From positions 6,244,761 to 6,308,760 of the forward strand of contig SMSO01000031.1 in assembly GCA_004764695.1 (NCBI GenBank): a stretch of DNA of 64,000 nt. Direction: 5' to 3'. Positions 1-12,488 of this stretch are shown in pieces. The notes under the pieces are model-generated. The model was not told where the DNA came from, searched no databases, and saw only the letters and a program-made list of their open reading frames with translations. The DNA comes from Schizochytrium sp. TIO01. Lineage: Eukaryota; Protista; Bigyra: Labyrinthulomycetes. The position numbers and the translations under genes were made by a program. Position 1 is the first letter of the stretch, and each line of letters starts with the position of its first letter.

Positions 1-1459
1 GTAGAAGAGGCGAGCTCAAAATAATACCATTAAAGTTGTTTAGCGCATCATAGTCAGGCCTCCTTGCTGCTTTTCGTGCTCGCGCTTCTCTCCCATATGT
101 TTCAAGAACCGCTTGGTCAACAATTCTTGCTTGACGTACCCGCGTTGAGCTTGGCGTCTTGGCCCGTCGTAATTTCTCGACGCCGTATCGCCTTCTTGGT
201 AATGAACCCATTGCAGGCGCTGACTTAAGCTCTCGTGCCGCCCCTGCTCCATCGGTATATTGACCATCCTCAAGAGATTCAAACATGTTGGTGTGCTGCA
301 ATATTGTGCACAGGTTAGCCAGGAACACCGAAACTGAATCTACCGACTGTAATTTGTAGCAAGGTGACTTCCTTCAGTGTAGCCGCACTAATTTGTCATG
401 TCACAGGGTCTCTGATTCAAGTTCACTGTTTTCTGAACAACAGCCAAGCCAGCATCTACCTACCTATCTACAACTATTTGCGATTAAAAAGGATTTTTCA
501 TAGAGTATCAACAGTCGAATGGTATTACTTTGGTACAATGATATACTTCTTTCACAGAGCGATTCAACTCTGGGTGCGTAAAAATCTGCAGTCCGGACTC
601 CTATACTCTGTCTTTGCTAGGTTCGGTAAGCAGCGCAAAAGTATTCTATAGCAAACTGACTTCCAAAACGTCTCTTCCTGCCGGATACTTTCGCGTTCCT
701 CTCTACTCCTCGCCTCGTACCCACCCTCCCTTCGTTTCTGATGCAACTGCTACCCAACGAGCACTCTATTTAGTCCTTGTACACTAAAACACTTTCTAGG
801 TTACTAGCACCCCTCTAAAACTAACCATCACCAGCTACAATTCCCCATTGAGAATTCTAAAAGCCTTCAGCTCTACAAAGCAACACGCTCAAGGCTCAAT
901 TCATTTAATACAGTATCATGTTTTAGGGAAGCTCCCGACACGTCCTCCTGCGACTACCCACCCGTCTTCAATACATGGCTCGCGTCCTTATCCTAGCACT
1001 TGCATCAAATTCAATCCTCTCAGATGCCGTAACGGCTCTCGTTCGCTCGCGCGCGACCAAGCGCAATATAGGGACCTCGCGGAAGCGTCCCTCGCAGGGA
1101 CTCTTGCTACGAAATAAATGAAAAGGAAACAAACTTTGAAAGGGATAAGATAAGAATGATAGGTAATAAGGGAATAGAGAACTGATAATGAGAAAATAAA
1201 ATTTTCAATGTAAGAGTATGATTTATGGAAATGAAATTTTGTAGGGTAGTACAACTAATTAATCAAAGCCAATTTTGAAGGCTGCAGGGATTTGTGCCAG
1301 TCCTGCTGAGCATTGGCGGCGCAGGGTCGTGTTGCTACGGGAGGTGCTAGTTTCGACGAATCGGTTTTGACGGCTCTACTTTTTGTTGTTAGGGTACTCT
1401 CTTTGCATTGACCGACATCAGACGCCTTCGGACGAGATTAAGAATTCGGGTTGGCTGCC

Positions 1460-2116
1460 ATGGCAGAATCCTCGGACGAAGTCTTCTCTCGAAGTCTCAA
1501 TCTCTGCGAAACGGTTACACGCCGAGCTCGCCGTGGCGAGCTTGTGCTTGAAAAACTCCCTGATGATAACGAGACTCCAATTAAAGCTCCGAAAAAACGC
1601 AAATCCGTATCTTTTAAGATCGAACCTCAGGTCATCCAACTAGTACTCCAAGAGGGTGCCGAAGAACACCTTTCGCGTGTCTTTGGCTTCTCAAGCGAAG
1701 ACCAGCCTCGAGTGAAAACTAGCGAGCTCTTGCCCATGCGCGAGTTCTTGGAACGGAGTGCGAGAGCCATGGGATTTCTCAACATCTACCTGGATGGACG
1801 CCGATTTGGACACGAGGATGCCGATCGTTGGAGAAGGTTTGGCGAGGACGGCTCCATGGCGGTAGACGACGTGAACGAAACGCTTCCACGTTCGCTTGGG
1901 GGCTGGAAGTTTTCTCAGGAACAGATTGATAAACTCGTGCAGGTGCACGAGGCTCTCCCAGGGCATACGTTTGTGGATGATGGCACATCTTGCATGTGCG
2001 CGACATGCCTGAAAACACAATCAGCCTGGTGCGAGTTATGCGAAGCGTGCCCGAACTGCTCTACCTTAACCCTTGATGCAGCAGTATGTGACCTGGCGAT
2101 CGGATATAAGTTGTGA
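1460..2116 (+). CDS. Hypothetical protein with basic NLS-like motif and Cys-rich C-terminus
   Basis: Intact 218-codon ORF from ATG 1460 with coding-like composition. Contains KAPKKRK and a C-terminal CMCATC...WCELCEACPNC...C cluster. No family recognised. Confidence 0.55.
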   Translation: MAESSDEVFSRSLNLCETVTRRARRGELVLEKLPDDNETPIKAPKKRKSVSFKIEPQVIQLVLQEGAEEHLSRVFGFSSEDQPRVKTSELLPMREFLERSARAMGFLNIYLDGRRFGHEDADRWRRFGEDGSMAVDDVNETLPRSLGGWKFSQEQIDKLVQVHEALPGHTFVDDGTSCMCATCLKTQSAWCELCEACPNCSTLTLDAAVCDLAIGYKL

Positions 2117-4609
2117 GCCGTGAGCGAATGCTTCTTTCAAGAACTCATCTGATGACACAATCTTTTGTGCTTGTGGTAATCCCAAGGCTTTTCACCGTTT
2201 TATCCACCTGCTTTATCCTTGGTACCACACTTCTTTGCTCTAAGGTTTTTGAAAACAGATGCGTCAATCTATGCCTTTTGTCTTTCTATTAATGTGTTTC
2301 CCTTTCATCTGTTTGCGTCAAAAGGTGGTGAGTTAGGTTATTCAAATTCAAAGCAAAACTCTAACTTTAAGTCTGCTGGATTGATGCTCTCTGCTGGAAG
2401 CTCCTGTACGCATGATTTGCGAAATATGATATTGTTAGGATTTCTAGTACATAATCTTTTCACTTAAATCAGCACACATATCTTCCTGTTGGTTAATACA
2501 TTTCTGCAGTAATCCTTTAGCGGTATAGAAAGCTTCAGCTGCTGCGAATCAATTATCTCCTTGCGAGGGATCTCTAATGTTTCTCCAAACCCAGTGCCAG
2601 AGGTGTACAATTATTTGTCTTCGATGCAACAAATCCCGGTTTCTGTGATGTGAAAATATATAAAAGATATTGAATCTGATGCGCCCTGTGCATCCAACAA
2701 CCTTTAAATATTAACATATTTAAATATCTCTTTAGTCGACTAGATCTAGACATCCTGGACTGTACTCGAACCAAATCATTCGTCTCTAAGCGTTTTCCAT
2801 ATTTTTTAAAATTAAGTAATTGGTCGTGAGATAAAAAAGAAAGAAAAGTAAAAAAGAACACAAGAAAATGAATGATGTGATATTTTTTCTTGATAAATCG
2901 CCATATGAACAGGAAAACCATTTACCAAGTGGTTCAATTTGCAATGTGAATAACGCTGCCGGCGTGAGATTTGGTTCGCAATACAGTACAATATTTCATT
3001 ATTTTACCGACCACAATTTACATATCTATGAATTAGCCCCTAGATGTACAACTTCATGTCCCGCCGTTGCTGTTGGTGTTAGGTTAGTTCATTTCCATCA
3101 CTCAGAACTGTCCGGTTTCGCTGGAGCGCTAATACGCATCCAAGTAGTATTTGCAGTATCGCCTTGAGCTACATCGTTTCTACCGACCCAGGGGAGCGGC
3201 TACTCGGAGATTTTGTTTTCGGCTGTGATGAATGGACAAAAAAGATGCTGTTGACAAGTCGGATTCAACGTGCTTTTTGTCGTTTCCAAAAGTACCCTTC
3301 ACCTCCCCTCAGAATTCCAGTCTTTAGGGCATTCTCCACTCGTAAACACTAAGTCACTTCGTTCAATATGTCAAGAGTTGATCTCGTTTGGGACAACATT
3401 GGTTTTTATTTTAGTACAAAGAGCTTCCTAGTGGGGCAAAAAATCCGTGAAACTGGCAATCTTGAAACTCTTATCTTCCATTTGTGGCAATGTCCACCAT
3501 CTACAACGTAGGACAACTCTGAGTACTCGAGTGCGCTTAACCCCACCTATTTTATTGCTATTGCTAGCTTTCTCACTTCTGTGATCGGCCCTCCTTGCGG
3601 TCATATCATCACAGGGCTGCTTCACATAAAGTTTCATCTGTCCTCTTTAGTTCCTAGTATCGTTGATAAGAAATAAATGGCAAAACTCTCACAACTTCAA
3701 CACAGAATTGCAACGCTATACCGTTGATCTTGACTTTCTCACTTTGCTCGCCATGGTGTATCTACCTCATTGTTCTATCTAGCATCCAAGATCTCTCAAA
3801 AAGTCATTCTAGATGGAAAACCATCCGATGGTCGCGCGTGACCATTTCTCCCCTTTTCGTTTTTGCCCAACCCAGAACATAATGAGGTTACTCTAGCCTT
3901 GAGAAGGCGATTTGGAATCCAGACTTTTACAGTGGGCTCATGTTTAGCTCAAGCTAATTATGTCTCTCTCTTGCCTCGTCCTCGAGCCAAAGCAAGATTG
4001 TATTTGCTCTCCGCATACCTGAAGGTTTCGTTTCATTGAAAAAAAAAAATCTTAAAGAAATCGACATTTTCTGGAGACAGGCGGACCAAATTAAATTGTT
4101 TGAAGTTTTTTGGAACTGTGAAGGATCCACTCATTAGGTCCTCCAGGCTCGTGGATGGCCAGCATCAGATGGAATTGGATTTTTTTCTAATGTAGGTCTG
4201 AGGAGAGAGCTTGAAAAGTTATTTCGAGTACAAAACATCGTCCGACACGGCCAGAGATGTGGCCCCGCCTCTCGTGAGAGTAACTTCCCACAGAATTGGG
4301 GGAGTTGATTCAAGAATGCTGCACGCGCGAAATGTTATGCAGTATCTACTCTTTTGTACATGCAACATATAAATGGCACAAACGCCACGATGACCTGCGA
4401 AGAGTTTATCGCACCAGAACCGTATTCTCTAATCTCTAGCAGACAACGTCGTGTTTTGCGTTAATCCAAATTAAGTTTCGAAGCCCTTCACAAGCGGTCA
4501 GCAACTAAGTAGTCAAGGAGGTAGGCTCACGTGTCTACCTCCTGGAGATAAAGAAGAACAGAAGACTGGAATTTCGATTGGAACATATATAGCAGATCGA
4601 GCCATCATC

Positions 4610-6130
4610 ATGTCTTTGAGTAATAGCTCGAATTTAACGTATGCGGAAGAGATTTGTGAATATCAATATGAAGTTGGCAGTGAAAGGGTCGCTCCAGAAT
4701 ATGTATTGCCCGTTCGCGTCATAGCGTTGCTACTCTTGGTGATTGTGATGTTATTCTATGTTCTCACTATTGCTTGGTGGTTTGTGGAACGCCGACATGA
4801 CAACATGGTCTACAAGCGTTCATCCCTTTTTATGTTGCTCTGCGCCATTGGTTGTATGTGGGTCACTCTGGTCCTCTATCAGCGTCTCTATATTGGTCCA
4901 GGAAAATACCTTTGTGATGTATACGTGTGGCGTTTCTTAGGCATTCCTGCAATCTGTGGCCCTGTTATCACACGAACGCTTCTTTTCTATGCACGAATGC
5001 GCTTTAACAGACTGATGGTCGAAATTGATGATTCTCAAAGTATGGTGTTAGAGCAATATAAGCACCTGTCCATGGCAAATGCAATGCGTGCTTTCCGAGA
5101 TCGAATGCTTGATAATATTCCTGGAATTCACCGGGAGGTAATAGATGATGACGACGGAGAGAAAAGCAGCGTCAATCGAATGGAGAACCGGTTACTATTT
5201 CTTTTCTTTTTCACAACAAACGCGTACGGAGTAATGATTTGGACTCTTACCTTGATCATTGCCTTCATCTACATTTCTTATCTTTATACGGTGAATGATT
5301 CCCCCCTTGGCTATGGATGTACTGGATGTGGTCCTATGCACAATGAAACAGCGTTTCTTGCAAGTGTGCTTCTAGGCATGTGGGCGATAGGTCTACTTCT
5401 TTTGTTTCACATTCGAAAGGAAGAAGATCCTTTGGGTATCATGTCTGAGTTACGTATGGTTTTGTGGCTATATGTTCCATTTGTCATTACCAGTGTGCTT
5501 GACACAGTCGATCCTGGACACACTGCCAAAGATGGCACGTTCAGTTGGACGTTGATTATGCCTCTTTGGTTTGCTGCTATGCATTTTGTACAATGTCCAA
5601 TGCAGCTTATGAAAAAGTATCAACGCAGAGTCAGCGTCAAAGCAGCCCCTGAAAAGGATACAGAATCAGGAAGCAGGATTCCTCAGACACTGGAAGAGGT
5701 GCTTGCAATACCTTCAGGACGCCACACGTTTGTTCGTTTCCTGGGTAAGGAGTGGTCAGTTGAGAACATGTATTTTCACGACGCAGTTTTGCGTTATCAA
5801 GCTCTTGATGGAAATGGCGTCACGCGCTATGAGCAAGCTCTCAAAGTCTATCGCACGTTTATTCCCGACACAGCTCTTTTTCAAGTTAACATTTCGCATA
5901 CGGTTCGTCACAAGATCGAGCATCAAGTTGCCGAACTTGAGCCGGGAGAAGCACCTGAAGATCTCTTTGATGCTGCGAATGAAGAGATTTTCCACCTCAT
6001 GAAGACAGATTCCTTCGAACGATTTGTTAAATCTCCAATTTTCAAAGAGTGGATCAACAGTGCAAGCACACGGCTTCCACACGTGCCTGTGCCTCTGGAC
6101 ACCTCTCAGCAAGCTGCGGCGCTTGCGTAG
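4610..6130 (+). CDS. 7TM-RGS protein (multi-pass membrane domain fused to a regulator of G-protein signalling domain)
   Basis: About 7 hydrophobic segments in the N-terminal two-thirds. C-terminal RGS signature LEEVL...FVRFLGKEWSVENMYF...VYRTFI...FQVNIS...LFDAANEEIFHLMKTDSFERFVKS. Confidence 0.88.
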   Translation: MSLSNSSNLTYAEEICEYQYEVGSERVAPEYVLPVRVIALLLLVIVMLFYVLTIAWWFVERRHDNMVYKRSSLFMLLCAIGCMWVTLVLYQRLYIGPGKYLCDVYVWRFLGIPAICGPVITRTLLFYARMRFNRLMVEIDDSQSMVLEQYKHLSMANAMRAFRDRMLDNIPGIHREVIDDDDGEKSSVNRMENRLLFLFFFTTNAYGVMIWTLTLIIAFIYISYLYTVNDSPLGYGCTGCGPMHNETAFLASVLLGMWAIGLLLLFHIRKEEDPLGIMSELRMVLWLYVPFVITSVLDTVDPGHTAKDGTFSWTLIMPLWFAAMHFVQCPMQLMKKYQRRVSVKAAPEKDTESGSRIPQTLEEVLAIPSGRHTFVRFLGKEWSVENMYFHDAVLRYQALDGNGVTRYEQALKVYRTFIPDTALFQVNISHTVRHKIEHQVAELEPGEAPEDLFDAANEEIFHLMKTDSFERFVKSPIFKEWINSASTRLPHVPVPLDTSQQAAALA

Positions 6131-6812
6131 TCTTGCTTTGCAATTTAGCTCTTCGCTCTTTCGGTTCAAAGTCCTTTTCCAATACAATTTGAGCACCATC
6201 AATTTCCAAAGGATTGCTTTGCTCCCATCTTACGGTTTTCTTTCGCTGGATCTTTCACCACCTCTCAAAGACCCAGATTTGGCTTCACATCACCAAGAAA
6301 CCGAAGTAGATCCCGTACCCTAGTCCCCACGAGATGAAAAGTCCAGCTGGGCGTGACCAAATCTATCCTAATCTTTTACCATGATCCAGTATGTTCACTT
6401 TGCCTCGTCCCCACTTCCTCAGTACCAAGACCTCATTTTAACCTAAAGTCTTCCACCAATTTTGTTCATTTATTTGCAAACCTATTCATCATACCAATAC
6501 AATTTGGTCAGACCCATCTATAATATTTGTCTCTTCGTTTTTGCCATACTCTGCATTGGTGCTTGAGGTTCTTGACCTTTGCCGCTCTTCCCAAAGTCGT
6601 CAAGTTGCTGTCTTCCCCGAAAATGTCTTTATTGTTCTTTTGTAAATCGATTCTTTGCGCACTTTTTACATTCATCATTTATGGCAAGTTTACATATTTT
6701 CATTTTTTTGACAGAATACCGTAGAAGTTTTCCTTATTTACTACTAGATAAAATAAGCAAGAGTTCTAAAGTGAAATGTACCAGCAATCCCGAAACGGTC
6801 AAAGGGATCGCG

Positions 6813-9800
6813 ATGGAGGCGACCGCGCGGTGGCGCGCGGCGGCCGCTCGCGTGGCAACAGAGCGACCAACCGCTTTGGATGTATCCCCACTGGATCCGT
6901 CGACGCCAGTTCGTACTGTTGAGGCGTCCTTCGGGGCTCATGTGGCTGAGATGGGACGAAATGGGACTCATGCGGCGGTCCTTAGTTCTGTTATAGCCAA
7001 CGCGACCCTTGCACTAAATCCTGCGATCGCAAATACTCTTGCGAGTTGTGAAGCTGTTCCCAAGATACGGAATCATGAAGAAATGTCCAAATCGTACGTG
7101 CCGACTAATATAAGTTTGAGCGTAGCGAGACGAGGCGTGTCTGGTCATGAAGCAGAAAGTGAGATTGTGCTGCCAGAGATCAAAGGTGCGTCAAGAGATG
7201 AGGACTCTCCAGGAACCTCTCAAACTTGTGCGTCAGCTCTTACTCCTGGGAAACCTTTGACACCATCTGTACTCTCAAACCACCCGCGAACCCCATTGTC
7301 AACGATGGTGGCATCTGGTCCGTCTTCGGGTCGTCCTCGACAGCGGCGTGTAAAGAGCGCAAACAATAATCAGCGTCTTGAGATTGAAGTTGGCGCAGGG
7401 TTTTCACCAGGAGATCGCGTTCAACAAGCATATACCTCACTAAACCCTGCAATGTCTTCGAATCCACATGGAAATAACCAAGCATCATCTATGGCAGGAA
7501 CTTCGATAGCATCTACTTCAAAGAACCAACCTTTACATACTCCTACTACTGGAGCAGGCCGAAGAGCTACCTCCGCGCGACTTGTAGACTCACCCTCAAG
7601 GGCAGCTTTCATCACGCAGAGTGGAACTCCTGTACGAGCTGTAGTGGATTCTGGGAGAAGTAGTCAAAGACCAACAAGCTCGCGTCGCACTAAACCCCTC
7701 AGTAATCATCGACCGTCGCATCTTGATGGAGTTGCCAGTATGCTCCCATGGAATAACCCAAAGATGACAAAGAAACGCATTCCGATCGTTTCTGAAATTC
7801 CTTTTCAATTTCGCAAGAAAAAGGTGAGTGTGCGCGACCTTGCAAAAGCACACCAAAGGCAACGGAGAGATCCCCGGCGCCGATCATCATCTGGTGGACA
7901 AAGTGAAGGAGAAACACGCCATGAAGACGATGGTTCAAATGGACCTGTGCCTAAAGATCATACACAAAATCAGAGTGCTGGAGAAAATTCTTTATCCACT
8001 GATTTGCCACAAGGGAAACGCATCAGAAACAGCCAAGTCTAAGGATGAGAGGGTCAAATCTGGGAAATTCCGACCGCCTACACTTGATTTGACAAAACTT
8101 GTTCTCGAAAAGCCGCATGCAGGAACCCAGAGAGATCATATGCATGTTTCGCATGCTTCGAGCAGTGTTTCAATGAGTCTCAAAACATCTAACAATCAGC
8201 CAGCTCCAGCAGAGATTATAGGAGAAGTACCAGAGATATCGAATGTCGTTTCAGAGAATAAACTCAGCGAAGAAGATCAAATGGCTCGTTCATTCCACGT
8301 ATCAGAGACAGGGAGTCTAAAAATTCATGGATTTGAGATCCAAGAATCTGGTATAACCAGAGCACCATCAGGGGTCCTACCCTCTTTAAGTATGCGCGAT
8401 GGCTTGATTAAGCTTTCTCTTCTTGGTCGAGGAGCTAGTGGTGTAGTTCGAGAAATGTTACATGAGCCGTCCCTTAGTTTGGTGGCTGTAAAAAGTATTC
8501 CTTGTTTCGAGCAACGCAAGCGCTTGCAGATGATCAAAGAGCTCAAGGCTCTCTACGCAAATTTAGTTCCTGTTCGGAAAACCCCGTCTAGGAGTTTAGG
8601 CAGACCCTTTTCGGCAGGGAATGCGACTCGAGACCGCCTAGCTGTGTCTGATGTCGGTGGCTCAAATAACACGCAAGGTAATGCAGCGCGCACTAGCGCT
8701 TCGACAGGTACAAGAGATGACGGAGCACTGCAAAATCCTGCTTGCCCTTATATTGTCGCATTTTACGATGCATTTGTAAACCCTCAAGAGGGCAGTGTGA
8801 ACATAGTCATGGAATACATGGACGGAGGAAGTCTTCAAGATGTAGTTGATGCTGGTGGTTGTGATAGCGAGGACGTTTTGTCCGTTGTGGCAGAAAGTGT
8901 TGTACGAGGTCTCATGTTTCTTCACAATCGTAGACAAATTCATCGAGACATCAAGCCAAGCAATCTTCTGTTGAATGGAAAGGGTGAGGTTAAAATAAGT
9001 GATTTTGGGATCATTCGTGACGTCACGGAAGACCAAGCCAACGCCCACACCTTTGTTGGGAACCATGGTATATATGTCTCCAGAGCGGATCAATGGAGAG
9101 GCCTACTCTTTTGCAAGTGATATATGGTCATTCGGACTTACACTCATGACATGTGCTCTAGGTCTCTTTCCTTTTCGTAAGGGGGGTAGCTATTGGGATA
9201 TGTTAAATAGTATTAACAACGATCCAATTCCACAACTGCCTGCTGATCAGTTTTCTGTACAATTTGTTGATTTTGTAAATCGGTGTTTGTGTAAGGACCC
9301 ACTGGACCGGCCTACAGCTGCGGAACTTCTTAAGCATCCGTTCGTGCGCGATCGGCAAACAAATCAACCAAGCCCACAAACTGAGCCAGCAGATATACAG
9401 CCGTTAAGACCATCTCCGGGATCTGCAATAACACCATCACCTCGACCAGAAACCAGCCCACTCCCTCCCAAAACAGCAGTAGATCCTACTCCTCCAGCAG
9501 GAGGTACCAATCCTGACTCGTGTTCCGGCTCAGAAAGCAGGGAAAAGTTAGAGGAAATTTGCACGAAGCTGGTGGACTACCAGCTTAGTAAAATTTTAGA
9601 AGCTGATCAAAAACGCATTAAGGCAAGAGAGTCTTACAACACCCCTGAAGGCGACACAACAATACCTGCTGCAAACGCAACCGCAGCGTCAGCAAATGCA
9701 TCAGTATGCACTGCTCCTTCTACACTTAGTGGCCAAGGCATTCCTTTGGATCCAGAAACCACAGATGATCCAAACGGGGCAGCTGGGTCTGGGGCAAACG

Positions 9801-10141
9801 CAGCGCGACGTCGCAAAAAACTGAATTCGAAGCGACGGAGCGATCCCAACCCCCCAACTTTGACAGAAATGGGCAAATGCTCTTGCAATGTAAAGGGAAG
9901 TAAATGCGCATATTGTATGACCACAACCATTGGTCCGCAATCACACTCTACATCAACTTCCACGGAAAACCAAGTGAGTGTCAATACAGTGCCATTCAAT
10001 CTTCGCAAGTATACTAGAGACGAGTGCGTATTCATCGCAGATCAAATAGGCATAGACGCAGCGATTGTCAAGTCAAGGGTGAATGCACATATTGGCCGTG
10101 CAAATGAATTCCTTCGCCGTTCTAGATTGTACGCTAGTTAA
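6813..10141 (+). CDS. MAP kinase kinase (STE7/MAP2K family), split over three frames in this sequence
   Basis: Kinase motifs LGRGASGVV, VAVK, EYMDGGSL, HRDIKPSN, ISDFG in ORF 7828-9120 continue as TMVYMSPERI, SDIWSFG, RPTAAELLKHPF in ORF 8999-10141. One extra G at 9058-9060 breaks TFVGT. The upstream frame change is either an intron at 7824-8013 (GTGAGT...CTGAT...AAG, phase-compatible) or an extra G at ~8013. Confidence 0.85.
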
Positions 10142-10836
10142 ACCATTTATACGCAGAACCTTTTGTGTTTGCAAAGGGTTGCAGAACACAAAAACTCCGT
10201 AATTATAATAAAAATGTTGCGTATGTGTTTTCTCTAAAGGATATTCTTTTTTGCTTTCAAATCAAGGCTAACAATTGTACTCGAGCCCAATGTCCAAGAC
10301 ATGCAAAGTCGATATTGATGTTGTGAGAAACCAAATATTGGGGGGGGGGGGAATGAAGGAACTTCTGCCTTTGTTTATATTTTGAGCTTTTCTAAAGATA
10401 GAGGGGAGCGAAAAGAATGCACAAAGTGAATTCCTATCTAACACACACGAATATATTTCACCGGATGCACGAGGGAAATTTCTAAACAAACTGCGCACAA
10501 CATACACATAAAGAGTTCTCTTCGACCCAGAGCAAATGCATTGCACTTGATAATTAAAAGATAAGAGCATCAAGCAGTACCTACGCATATATGCGCTAGA
10601 CCTCCTTTGAGTAGTGACAACGCCGTCTGCATTGAAACTAGGGTCTATGGCTCGCAGATCAGGCAGCTTAAAAGTCTCTTTCATTAATTCAATTCAAAGT
10701 CGAGAAACAAATGTGTTGAAGCCCAAATTTGAGTGTACACTTTGTCAGTGGCGGGGAAATAAAAGTGGTGACCTGACTAGCTGCATTTCAAAAAAATATG
10801 CATAACTGAGCGTGAGATCGAACATCAGGATTTTTC

Positions 10837-11928
10837 TTAAGCTGCAGCGTGCTTGTTGAACATGGAAATACCAATGGCCACCATTGCCAAAGCAACGAGG
10901 TGCCACACGGAAAATGGAGCACCATAAATTGTTACATCAAGCATCAAGGTTAAACCGGGTTGAACACACGCAGCCAGGGCAACGACAGAGCTCGGGACTG
11001 TGGCATTGGCATAGGCAATGCACAAAGAGTTGATCAAGGTCAATGCCAAAGCGTTGTACAAGAGAGCACCAAAGAAGGGTGTCGATTTGTTGCACATTTC
11101 AATAAGTGAGAACATGCTGGACAATACTCCATCACCAACAAATGTGAGGTGGAAAATGCATGAGACCAAGCCACTGAGAGAGATCCAGCATGCAAATGGA
11201 AACAACTTGTACTTGGAGACCACGGGCTTCTGCATAATAATGCTAGCACCAAGGGACGACGCCTCAAGGATAAGGCAAATAATTGCAATGTTGAACATAC
11301 CGTTGGAATCATCTGCACCAGTAGATACCTCAACGCTCTCCGTTTCGCTATCACCTCCAGAGACCAGAATCAATGTCGCAGCACCTCCACTTGCCAACGC
11401 CAAGGCAATGGCAACACCGAGACGGTCCTTGGAAAGTTTAGGGAGAACCTCAGCTCCAACGCTGACGGCCATGACGTAGACCACAAGAGGGATGAAGGGC
11501 CCATCAAAGATTGACGCAATGGTGGGTGGCACGAACTGAAGACCATAAAGGTAAAACATCGGAGAGCCATATTGTGCAAGAACTCCTGCGATAGCAATGC
11601 GCCAGCGGTCCTCCTTGCGGGGAATGAGGCTCGAGGGGCCATATTGCCAAATAGAGATTGCAGCAAGCGCAGACGCAGCAAGGCAGTGCCTGCCCAAGAG
11701 GAACACAGACACCGGTACTGTATCCCCCTTGAGTGACTTGGAGCCAATCGCAGCCCAGAGAGCCATCAGCATTTGGTAAAGGCCCAGAGCAGCATATGCA
11801 AGCATGACATTCTTCCCCTGCGATTTATAGGCCTCGTGGGCGACTTTCATGCCCGGAGCCGGGTTCTTGGAGTCCAGGAGCTCACCGTTTTCCATGGCGA
11901 CCTCCGCATCTTCGTCTAGGGACCCCAT
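10837..11928 (-). CDS. EamA/DMT-superfamily transporter (WAT1/nodulin-21-like)
   Basis: About 10 hydrophobic helices in two repeats, with motifs GRHCLA, YLYGLQFVPPTIAS, IIMQKPVV, VPSSVVAL...QPGLT. Confidence 0.8.
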   Translation of the reverse strand: MGSLDEDAEVAMENGELLDSKNPAPGMKVAHEAYKSQGKNVMLAYAALGLYQMLMALWAAIGSKSLKGDTVPVSVFLLGRHCLAASALAAISIWQYGPSSLIPRKEDRWRIAIAGVLAQYGSPMFYLYGLQFVPPTIASIFDGPFIPLVVYVMAVSVGAEVLPKLSKDRLGVAIALALASGGAATLILVSGGDSETESVEVSTGADDSNGMFNIAIICLILEASSLGASIIMQKPVVSKYKLFPFACWISLSGLVSCIFHLTFVGDGVLSSMFSLIEMCNKSTPFFGALLYNALALTLINSLCIAYANATVPSSVVALAACVQPGLTLMLDVTIYGAPFSVWHLVALAMVAIGISMFNKHAAA

Positions 11929-12488
11929 CTTCACGAAGAAACCCGCTTACTTTCAATAAGCTATGTGCAAAGGCCAGACACTAATCCAAACTCGATATCC
12001 GAGTCCGATCCGGTGCCCAATCCGCTGTCAGTGTTTGCTTTCTGGTTCACTTGCAATCTAATCTCCTCTAATTAGCATTGGCCAGGAGCCGACGACTGCC
12101 GCTTCCCATTAGAGCCCCCGCTAGGACCGCAGTAGGACGTGCCTACGTAAAACGGGACCTCCTGGATTACGACCATTCTTCAGCCATCAAAACATCTACG
12201 AAATGTTCTGCTTGGAGCTGATACCCATACTTAGCATAGACTTAGGTCAAGTCGATTGCTTGGTCCAGGTTATTACAGCCTGAAGAAAGTGTTTCAGAAA
12301 GATATTGGTGAACGATCTCGAGCCGCAACGTGTTTGTACGAAATTCAAGTTGGGCGTATTTTATTTGTATTAAGGACACATAGGCAAAGGTGGGTACCAA
12401 GAGCTCGCAAAAACGTGCAAAACAGAACTAAAACGCGAAGAAACTTCAACTGGGCTGGCAAAGGACCGTTTGTGTTGACGCACTCGCC

